A DNA stretch of 64,000 nucleotides from Bilabrum cf. latius. Taxonomy: Eukaryota. Under the pieces are notes generated by a model. It was not told the origin of the DNA. It made no database searches and saw only the letters and a list, made by a program, of their open reading frames with translations. Where the stretch lies: NCBI GenBank assembly GCA_965178125.1, contig OZ237750.1:372001-436000 (forward strand), written 5' to 3'. Numbering within the stretch: position 1 is the first letter of the stretch; the number at the start of each line of letters is the position of its first letter. A program made the translations under genes and the position numbers. Positions 37,454-47,469 of the stretch are shown one piece after another.

Positions 37454-40400
37454 ATGGCGGAAGCTGGGGGGGAGTCTCCAATGACTCCGGTGGAGAGATA
37501 TAAGGTCCGCAAGAAGATTGGCAGCGGGAGCTTTGGCTCGGTGTACATCGCTGACGACCAGCTAGAGAAGGGCGTTGTAGTCGTCATTAAGAAAGTTGAC
37601 CTGAATGGCCTGGATGAAAAAGATAGACAGCAGGCGATGGCCGAAGCCGTCATGTTGAAGGTTCTCAAGCACCACAACATCGTTGGCTTTCGTTCCGTAT
37701 TCATGCAAGATGACACGCTGAACATCGTAATGGAGTTTTGTGATGCGGGCGACTTGGCCAGTCATATTAAGAAGCGAAAGAAAGCGGACGAACCGTTCAC
37801 CGAGACCGAGGTGATGGACTACTTCGCGCAGATGGCTTTGGCCGTTTTCTACATGCATTCATAGAACGTGCTGCACAGGGACCTGAAGACCCAAAATATA
37901 TTCTTGACGAGACGTTCGGTGGTGAAGATTGGAGACTTCGGCATCGCCAAGGTGCTGGACACGACCGCCGAGCAGGCCAAGACTGTGCTGGGCACCCCGT
38001 ACTTCATGAGCCCGGAGCTAACGCAAGGCGTGCCCTATGGTAAGAAAAAATCTAGCGGACATTTACTGCATTTACTGTATTTTGCATGGGCTGGGTCTTG
38101 CCCCTGCATATCCTGCGAGGACAGCACTGCTTCCCTTTGAAGTGATACATCGAATCGATATCCGTTGCTGTGCTCAATGCTATTACTAGTGCGCAGGACG
38201 TGCCTCTGACATCTGGGCACTCGGCTGCATTCTCTTCGAGCTTTGCTCGCTCTAGCACGCATTTCAATCCGTGAGGCTGTTTGGTACGGCGCTGGTGCTA
38301 GGAGTTCTGTTATTGTGTGTGCTACCACCTGCGCTCGTTCTTCCAGGCCTGTCAGTCGGTTGGAGTGCAAAGCGACTCACTAGCAGCTGAATGCATGCGG
38401 CTGAACGCCTGCACTGCGACTGCCTATGCCAACGCCTTCTAGCGCTTGCATCATCACTCTCACTCACTCCAAGCTGCGTTTCTCACACTCCGCGGGTGCA
38501 CCGCCCATTTCCCCTTCCCGCCTCCCCCCCCTTTTGCAATTGCCTCCGCAGGACAACTTGCTTGGACTAGTGTTCAAAATCGTGTCGCAAGACGTGCCCC
38601 CAGTTCCTGATAGATACAGTGCTGATGTGCGCTAGCTCGTTGCCGATCTCCTTGTCAAAGACCAAGAGAAGCGACCGTCAGCCAGGCAGATTCTCTCGAG
38701 GCCGTGCGTGCGAGCGGCACTTAAGAGGCTGGCGGACAGCAGCGGCGCTGTTGGTGGAAAGATCGCTCGGCCTAGGCTAGACACAACGAAGGGGAGACAG
38801 GCGTACCAGTGAGAAAAATGCGGTGGCGTGGCATCAGCGCTGTGGCGACCCTGTTTGCACTGGATCGCCGGTTGTTGCCATCTTCTTGCATTTGTCCTGA
38901 ACAGCACACCCATTGCCTCATTGGTATGATGCTCATTCGCGCGTTCGCAGCAAGGAGCTAGAGAGGGAGAGACAGCGGGAGGCCATGTCGCAGGCAGCGG
39001 CGCATGCGCAGAGGGAGCGCAGGCAGCGGGGGCAGACTGGGGCGAGTCCGTTCGCCACCTCGCAGGATAACCCGCTGGCTAGCCCCGGGCGGTAGCGGGG
39101 CAGGGTCAGTGGCAAGAGCCAGGAGGGCGCGCACGACGAGGGTCGGGATAGCTTCGCGTCGACTCGAGTGGTCGACCAGGAGACGGGCGAGGTTGCAACA
39201 GTGTCTGCCCGCGGCTCGAGGCCGAACTCGGCCGACAGCTCTGCACCCTCCATGTATGGGGCCTCGGTGATCTCTAGGACCGGTGACCTGATCGAGGGCC
39301 TGCCCATGGGTCCCGACGCCGGGATGCATGGTGGCATTGGCGGTGGCCGGGGGCACGCGGGCGGAGAGGAGAACACTCGGGGCGGTATAGGCGCGGGTGT
39401 GCGGAGGCAGGCGAGGCCCAAGACCTCCGGCGGTGGTCTTTCGCACCACCGCAGATCTGAGTACGACGACGCCCGTCGGGAGGCGGCTGCCGACCACCTC
39501 GCAGCAACCAGCGCGGCCCAGCCTGGCAGGGCTGGCGCCCATGGTGCAGCTGTGGATCGTCCCATACAGGCCAAGGGTTACTACAGCATCGGCGATGCCG
39601 GCCAGGCAAGCCGCCCGGATGAGGACAGACCCATTCGGAGCAAGGGCTTCTACGACACGAGCGGGGCGGGCCTTGGGACAGGCAGTCGTGGCGACGGCCG
39701 AATGGGCGTGTCCTTCGAGTTTGCGGACGATGCCGCGGATGGGTCGCGTGACTTGGAGGCATCGCTAGAAGCAGCGCCTGACGGGGATTCGGGTGCGGAT
39801 GCAAGCGACGACTTTGGGCAGGTTGGATCCAAGGGGTTCAACCACGAGATTTATGGGAGCTCGTCTGGGCCTGCAGCTGCTGGCGCTGGCGAAGGCAAGC
39901 AAGACGACAGCGGCAATGAGGATGAGGAGGAGGAGGATGACTATGACGATTACGAGGACGACGACTTTGAGGACGACGACGATGATTCTGATGCCGGGGC
40001 TGACCCGCAGGCTTCGAGCATGAGGGCGGCAGCAGGGGCCGCCCTGGGTTCGGACGGTGACGCGACTCCAACTGCCGTAAGGGCGGAAGCTGCCGCGAGA
40101 CACGAGCAGAGGAAGGCCTACGTGAAATCGAGGGACAGGCACGACCTTGGCGCCGTGCAGCAAGGGGCTGCGGCCGCACTGCGCGAGATGGATGAGGCCG
40201 AGAAGCGAGGGGAAGATTGGTCGGAAGCCAGGGACGATGGGGCTGTCGGTGGCGGCGCACGTGGTGGGGCTGTCGACGAGGAGGGGTACGGCCTGGGCCA
40301 CGCACCTCAGGCTGGGAGTGCCGCGAGACCTGCGGCGGCGGCTCGCAAGCCCAGGTAGAGTGTGGCCGTGTAGGTCCGCACTCAGGTGGATCGGATGAAA

Positions 40401-41123
40401 GAGGCCGCCGACGAGGCCGAGAAGGAGAGCATGCGGGTGCTAGGCCCTGCCTTGTACAGGTCTGTCAAGCAGGCCATCGAGGAGCTGCTTGCAGATGGAG
40501 ATGGCGTGGTGGAGGACGAGGACATCAGGCAGCTGGTCGGAGATTCGAAGGAGTGCATCAAAGCCGGGCGGGACATTGCCAGTATGATCGCCCTTAGGCA
40601 GCTGTCGAGCCAGGCGGCACCTCTTGGTGGATCTACCGGTGGATCGGGCGGTGCGGGTGCTCGGGATACATCCAGATCCAGATCCAGATCGAGGTCACGC
40701 TCTCGCTCTCACTCGTCAAAGCCGGGAGGTGCAAGCCACCCGCACCCGAACCCGAAATACGCCTCGGGATACACGCCCGCTGCAGGCAGCCGGCGGGGCT
40801 CGGGCACCTGGGCCGGAGCCGGTCGTCTTGGTGCTCACCGGTCTACTGGCATGGGCGCGGGGACCTCGGGTGGTGGTCAGTGGGGCGGGGCGTCGCCGAG
40901 CCGTAGGCCCGGATCTGGCGGCAGCGCGCGGAGCGGTAGCAGCAGGCCAGGTAGCTCGGGCCACCGCAGGAATAGTCGCGGCGGCGGAGTTGGTGGGATG
41001 GTAAATGCAGGTGCAGGTGCAGGTGCAGGTGCAGGTGCAGGTGCAGGCGGTGCGGTTGGCGTGGTGCGGAGGTCAGACGCGGGAGGCAGGATGCGGCCGC
41101 ATGTGAGGCGAAAGCTGGGTTGA
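37454..41123 (+). CDS. NIMA-related (NEK) Ser/Thr protein kinase with long low-complexity tail
   Basis: IGSGSFG, VIKK, MEFCDAGDL, HS*NVLHRDLKTQNIF, DFG, GTPYFMSPE, SDIWALGCILFELCSL*HAF and KRPS. Introns 38040-38196, 38271-38551, 38809-38950. 6 TAGs; TGA stop. Confidence 0.93.
41007..41048 (+). repeat. (GCAGGT)n microsatellite encoding Ala-Gly repeats in the NEK tail
   Basis: Six GCAGGT units followed by GCAGGC. Confidence 0.9.
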
Positions 41124-41323
41124 GCTATTTGTCGCAAACCAAATATATCTGCGATGCATACTCACTGGCATTGCGAAGCAAATCACTGTACAAAGATAAC
41201 TTTAATTCAGGCAAAGCAACTAGATCTACCACAAAAGCAAGAGTGCAACTGGTGTTGCCCGGATCGGATATGGAAGACTGACTAGCGAGATGGGCACCAG
41301 GGCCTAGTGGGCACTGCTCCAGA

Positions 41324-42478
41324 TCAAGATCGGATATGGTCGTTTGCACCGCCGGCGGTCACGGCCCATGTCACCGACCCCGACTAGGTCTTCTCGTCGT
41401 AGGTCGCCACCGTCCCGCTCTCGAAGTGGCGCGTGTACACCTGCCCGCTGCGAGTCGCGGCCCCCAGCGGCTTCCCCAGCGGGTTACTGTACTCGTCCTG
41501 CCACCCGTTGCAGCCGAGGAGGCCGCCCTCCTCCACGGCCACCAGGAACTTTGCGACCAAGTCCTCCGAGCAGCTGCCCATCGTCCTGCTCGGGTCCCAG
41601 TCGGTTTGCTGGTCCTGGGAGGGCACCCAAAGGTACTTGAGGACGGGGTCTGCCACCATCTTTTGCATCTATGTGATCAGCGCAGCGGCAGAGTTTTTCT
41701 TCGCGCCGGGCCAATACTTGGCGGTCCCGTTCACCGTGGCGACGATGAATCCGCCCTGCTGCTGGTACAGCTGCATGGCCTCGCTTAGCAGCCTCGCTTT
41801 GCCCTCGTTGTACGATCGGCCATCAGAAGCGGTGATCTCGCCGCAGGCCTGCTCCCACGTGTGCTTGCCGGGGCCCGTGGCATCCTCGCAGAGGTTCCAA
41901 TGCCCCGTCTTATTCACGAAGGCGAATACATTGGGCTTGTCAAGGAAGGTTCCGTCGATACCCGCGGCGATCAGCGTCTTGTGCCAGTCCATCCACTTCT
42001 TCACCGCCTCCGGCTTCGACAGCGCAAATACCGGCACATCCAGCATGCCATTATCGTTCTCCATGCCAATCACGGAACCATTTGATGCCCGCTGGTTCAG
42101 ATCCTCATCCGCGAACGACGCCTCGAGCTGTTGGAATTTCCAGTCGTAAAGACTGTTCTAATAATACGCAGTCGCCACGTTGGGGTTTGCAGTCTTCACA
42201 CGCTTGAGTGTATCTAGCATATACTGCTCGCCGCCGCATGCGGGATCGCATGGCACTCCAATGGTGTTATTCTTGATGCAGGCATCCCAGCAAGGCCCCT
42301 CCCACTTCTCGATCATCACTGCTCGCATCTTGGCTAGCATGGCGATATTATCATCTCCTCTGTGGGCCGAATTACCGCCAAAGTACACTACCGGAAGAGT
42401 GGCGAGGGAGGTGTTGATGGGCGTAAGGGCGCTCGAACAGACCGCGGCGGCAGCTGCAACCGACACAAACGTGCGCAT
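41324..42478 (-). CDS. Secreted putative glycoside hydrolase (GHL15/GH168-like)
   Basis: Signal peptide, then LPVVYFGG, IEKW, KRVKTANPNVATAYY*NS, IDGTFLD and C-terminal YSNPLGKPLG...YTRHFESGT. 3 TAGs (42158, 41669, 41384); TGA 41324-41326. Family assignment is tentative. Confidence 0.65.
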
Positions 42479-43237
42479 GGCGAAGTACTGCGAGCCGATG
42501 GGACGAATCGGTATGATAAATGAAATTTCATGCGTATCAAGTCAAGATTTAGACGCAACTGGATAGGGAGCCTGGAGTCCATTGCGTCGTTCGGCTCGAT
42601 GGAGTCGTGCGACGGACGCCCGCCTGCCCATCTTTCTTGGTGTGTGCCGGCAAATATCTGAAGCATGCGCGTATATGACAATCTTGCAAGTGATGCGGCA
42701 ACTCACGTGCTCAGGGGCCCTCGAGATTGACCAGAAGACGCCCGGTCGTCTGCATTATTATCGAGGTAACGCGCAGTTTTGAAGTTGGCCCGCTCCAGCC
42801 CCCGGGGAGCCCCTCCAGCCTTGAAATTTGTCCATCACTGAGTTTTGTGCCCGCCAAAAGAAGTGAAGCATACTTCTTCAGCTAGGACTGAAGCCAATCA
42901 CATCGTGGCACCTGATTGTATTGCTGCGATCCGCGTGCAAAGATCGGGCCTGCGATGGCCAGTGGCCAGGCGTACTGCAACCGGTTGATCCATGGATCTT
43001 TGGTGGCTGTCCGAATGCGCACATGCGCCCGCGGCAGGATCAAGTGGGCAAGTACCCCCGCCTCTCGGCCCGTGGCCTAGCTGCTTGGGGTCCCTGCGCT
43101 CGAGACAAGCGGTAGGGCCTAGGGCTAGCTGGCTCTGGCCATGGTAGCGTGCTAAATTCTAGCTTGCCGTTCGCGACGACCACAACAGGACGGCATTACC
43201 AGTCAATCATTGGCCTATCGGCTCAGATCTGGTCATC

Positions 43238-44992
43238 ATGATAACTGTAATGATCGTTCTAGTACAAATGTTGTCCAATCCAGCCCAAGCCCTCGATAAT
43301 GGGCTGGGACTACTGCCAAAAATGGGTTCGTTCATGTAGCACGCCTTTAACCACGTTTCGATAGATACCATGTCTTGATCATTGCAATCAAATTAATTCA
43401 ACATTTGGATGACGTTCGCAGGCTGGTCGAGTTGGAATGCTTTCGGTGAGACATCAGGGCAGTGCAAATCGTAGCAGTTGCACACCGCAAATTGATCCAG
43501 TTCTACCTCGACTACACGAGCCCTTGCAGGTTGCTCGGATGCAATGAACGAGACCAGCATCTAGATGATTGCAGATTTCATGGCATCGAGTGGTCTGCAA
43601 GCCGCAGGATATGATTTGGTTGCGCTCGACGACTGCATGGTCGCTGCAGAAAGGAATTCCTCTGGCTTTCTTGTTCCCGACCCCGACAGATTCCCATCTG
43701 GCTTCACGTCTTTGTCTAAGTATCTCACGTCTCGAGGATTTGATTTCGGGGTTTACGAAGACCGAGGCCTAAAGACCTGCGCCAAGCGGGCCGGCTCGTA
43801 CGGGCATTGGTAGCAAGACGCCACTCAATACAAGGAATGGAACGCGACGTGGTTGAAATACGATGAGTGAGTCTACATGAAGAGTGCATGCTGGAGATAC
43901 CCGCATCGCTCGCGGTCGCGGGAGGCCCACGCGGACTGGCCGGGCGGTGTAGGCATGGCATGAAGTGCAACTGCTGCTCTGATGACTGCCATTGGACTCA
44001 CTGCCTGTGCCTATGGCTGGACGCATTGCCAATTATAAGGCTGGACTCATAGGAATGCCCTTCGCCCACCTTGCAGCTGCAACGATCCGCCAGGGTACGA
44101 TTTGAACACGTACTATCTCAACGAGCAGATGGCCAAGGCGCTGAACGAGAGCGGGCACCGGATGTGGTTCTACATCAAGAACGACCTCATGCCCGGCGGG
44201 TATGCCTCCATGAGCAGAGTTTCGAACTCACACCGGATCGGCAACGACATCAAGCCGCTCCCGAGCGACACTGGAAGGACAGCAGACGCGCTTGCCCCCA
44301 TCCAGCGGTATTCCGGGCCGGGTTCCTGGAACGACGCGGACTCTCTAGAGATCGGAAGCCCCATCCCGCCGGGCCACGTAAAGTATCCCGGGCTCAGCCT
44401 GCAGGAGCAGAAGATCCAGATGCAGCTCTTCTCCATCGCAACAGTCCCGCTCATCGCTGGGTTCGACTTCAACATCACCGAGGAGCAGCTGGCCATCCTG
44501 AAGAACAAAAATTCCATTGCGATCAACCAGGACCCGCTCGCTGTGCCAGGTCAGAGGCTCCACAACACGCACAACGTGGTTGCGGAGGTCTGGGCCAAGC
44601 CGCTGGCCGATGGGTCCTTCGCTGGGTGGCTCTGGAACAGGAACCACCAGTACGAGGGCCGGACGTATTCTCTCGACCACGGCATCTGGCTCGATTTTGA
44701 GGAGCTGGGCTTCGAAGGTTCTGCCGACGTGTTCGACATCTGGCCCGACCCACCGGTTCACATGGGCAAGCATCAGGGGTTCGTGGGGAACCAGACGCTT
44801 CCTGTCGGAGATTCGATGTTCCTGAAAATCGTTCCCGTGGCTGGGGAACACGTGCTGACGGGGCAGGGGTTCTGGGGATAGCAGGCCACGAGGGCACCAC
44901 CGGGGGAAGGTCTTGGAGTTGGTGACGGCGACTGCGGCGTGCCTGAAGGGATCCATCGCAGGCGCTACTACTGGTGCGCGGAGCAGCCGTGA
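43238..44992 (+). CDS. GH27 alpha-galactosidase / alpha-N-acetylgalactosaminidase (4 exons)
   Basis: Signal peptide, then LDNGLGLLPKMGWSSWNAF, LDDC, PDPDRFPSG, LKYD nucleophile, RIGNDI acid/base, WNDADSL and INQDPL. Introns 43326-43421, 43446-43529, 43867-44076. TAGs at 43562, 43811, 44879. Confidence 0.93.
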
Positions 44993-45169
44993 GAAACAGC
45001 ATATGGAAGGGTGATTGACTGTTGACAGAGCATGCAGAATGTTCGTAGGCGTGCATGGCATCACCACAGGCAAGGATGGCAGGCAGGCGGCTTTCGATGG
45101 CCCCAAATTGCATTCGGAGCCAGAAGTCCGCAAATTTGTCGAACGATTATACGCATTTAAGCTCTAACC

Positions 45170-47165
45170 ATGGCGGCATTTGAAGCATCTACTTAGCGCA
45201 TGCACTGGTTGTTTGATGTTATTGCTCTTCGTGAGGGTGATTGCTCGCCAGCATCACGCTGTTTTGTAATTTACTCCACACTTTGAATATCGGCCTAGAC
45301 TTCCAACATCGCAGGGGTCAAGAGATTAGCAAGGTACAAGCGGGCTCAAAATGCTTTGCGTGTGAGTTATGAAGTGTCGTTTAGCTACATTTAGCAGATG
45401 TTCCAGCAGCAAATTTTTGGCAGCAGCTGGTACATGGATGCCATCTCATTTCTAGCAGGCTGAGATAGCATACACGAAAAAGCACGGTAATAGCGACAGC
45501 CCATCGAGCAAAAAGGCGAGGATTGAGTCAACTGGACAATCTGAATCGGTAGAGGTGGATGTGCCTTCCATCGATACCGAGCAAGCTGCTATCCGCGCCG
45601 CCGAGATTCGCATAAATAATATTTGCACACGATGCCGCTTTAGGCGAGATATCAATGCAACTGCGGTTGTGTTTATGAAACGATTCTTCTTGATTGCGTC
45701 GCCATTGGAGTACCCACCCATGGAAATGGTCGGGTCGTGCATCTTTCTCGCGATCAAGACGGATGCCTGTCCTAACACCGAGGTGCAGCCATTTCACAAG
45801 CGCCTGGTGCAGGCCATGGGGGTGCGAGAGGACGAGCCTTCGAAGCTAGAAATGCACTTGCTGATGGCGCTGCAGTTCATGCTCACGGCGCACCACCCGT
45901 TCGACCACGTGATCGGGATCATCGACATGGCCGTGGAGGACATGCTTGCAAAGGAGGCGGGTGAAGGGGAAGAAAGAGAAAAAAGAGCGTCTGCACCCGT
46001 CGAATCGAAAGTTCCAAGCGCAGAGTCGGATGCAGGACCGGCCTCTAGCGCCAGTGCTGGATCGAAGAGGGGTGCTGAGGATGGTGCCCCAGCAGCCGAC
46101 CTAGCCGAGGCCGAAGCGGTCGCAAGTGCGAGACGGATCGCAGGAATGAATGCCGCCTTGGAGAACCTCTAGCAGCGTGCCTTGGATGCGTGCGACGCAG
46201 CCTACACCACCGACGCGCCCCTGCTCGTGTCCCCGGCCCAGCTGGCCCTGGCTGCCATCGCGGTGGCCGCGGCCGGCCTCGTGGATGATTCGGGCGCGTG
46301 GGCCCCGACCAGCCCCCGTGGCGGGTCAGGTGTGTCTGATGGTGTGACCAGTGCAGATAATGGCAGATCAGTATCGGCGGACGGGGCACCAAAAGCCAGC
46401 GGTACCAGCAGTAGTGCAGGTGCCGGTGATGGTTCCAGTCGAGCCGACCCTGATGCCGCTGCCACGGATTTTGCAGATGCAGGGGTATCCCCCGACGCAG
46501 TGCGCATGCTGGGTGCAGTCATCGACGGCGAGCTGGGCGGCGGAACCTTCTCTGGGCTGATCCGAGAAGCGAAAGAGGCTGCGAGTGCGGTCGGGACGGG
46601 CCGCGGGTCGGGGTGGATCGGTGCATCTATGCCGACGGGATCAGCGGGAAGTGATGAGAAAAGCGATAGGGAGGGTACGGGGAAGAGTGTCTCCGCTCGA
46701 GCAAGTGCTCTTGCTCACTCTTCGTCTTCGTCCTCGTCGTCTTCGTCCTCGTCTTCGTCCTCGTCTTCTTCGTCTTCGTCCTCGTCGGCTTCGTCTTCGT
46801 CTTCGTCTTCGGCTTCGACTGCCGTGGGCCATGGTTCCGCGGGCGATAAGCCGGAACATGTTACTACCCCTGAGGACAGAATTGCGCTCAGCAAGACGCG
46901 GTTGGCGATTCCCTTTGTGTGCTACGGGCTGGCTCGAGCAAGCAGCGAGCCGGGAGGGGACGAAGCACTTGCTTCGCTGGAGCGAGTGCGCAACCCGGCC
47001 TTCGTCGAAGGCACAGTTGCGTACGTTCGGAGAATAAGCGTAGCAGAGGGAGTAGAGCAGGCGAGACAGGAGCAGAAAGCTCGTGTCAAGGCGGCCGACA
47101 GCAGGCTGTTCGAGAGACTGGCAAAGGAGGGCGGTGCAGGGAAGAAAAACGGGTCCGAATCATGA
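45170..47165 (+). CDS. CCNH: Cyclin H (CAK/TFIIH subunit)
   Basis: N-terminus MAAFEAST*RMHWLF; cyclin box ATAVVFMKRFFL, CIFLAIK, LEMHLLMALQFMLTAHHPF; TDAPLLVSPAQLALAA. Probable introns 45231-45314 and 45362-45458. TAGs at 45194 and 46170; TGA stop. Confidence 0.9.
46719..46817 (+). repeat. TCN trinucleotide tract encoding poly-serine in cyclin H
   Basis: Alternating TCT/TCG/TCC codons giving about 30 Ser residues. Confidence 0.9.
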
Positions 47166-47469
47166 GTTCGCCTCTGGTACCAGACACATACGGGTATCTG
47201 TTGACTTGTATTAGACTCACTTTCGGTAGCTATCGACACTCTGCAGCACACGCACGCGAAATAGCGCATTTGCACGGAGCAAATTTGTAACGTGCATAAT
47301 TGACGAACAAAAATTCAGAAACTGCTGCTGTCGCGGATCGCAAGAGGCAGCGGAAAGTCTTGGCCGCGGACTGCGGGTTTGACTCTCTTGGCGGTATTCC
47401 CTGTATCTGATAAAGGTGCCGCTCCGAGGCCTGACGGAAATAGAGTCTGGTTCTAGCCCAAGCCTTGCC

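Noticed and set aside
37850-37880. TAGs as 3' splice sites of tiny introns
   Set aside because: In NEK (HS*NVLHRD), Rab6, cyclin H and the LRRs the spacing matches homologues with exactly one residue at TAG and no inserted sequence. The well-supported introns here are ~80-280 nt with GT donors and mostly CAG acceptors.
42479-43237. Suppressor tRNA-Gln(CUA) or other ncRNA in the longer intergenic regions (also 18238-18725, 19458-19959, 50426-50846)
   Set aside because: By eye I found no cloverleaf with a T-loop GTTCRA and CTA anticodon. A covariance-model search is needed to be sure.
45194-45196. UAG as pyrrolysine, leucine or glutamate
   Set aside because: The diagnostic columns (cyclin H, TSR1, SUMF1) are Gln, TAGs occur at polar coiled-coil and LRR surface positions, and pyrrolysine is not known in eukaryotes. 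Some sites (Rab6 EEG*, GH27 HW*QDA) would tolerate Glu but fit Gln too. U-to-C editing cannot be excluded without RNA data but is less parsimonious.
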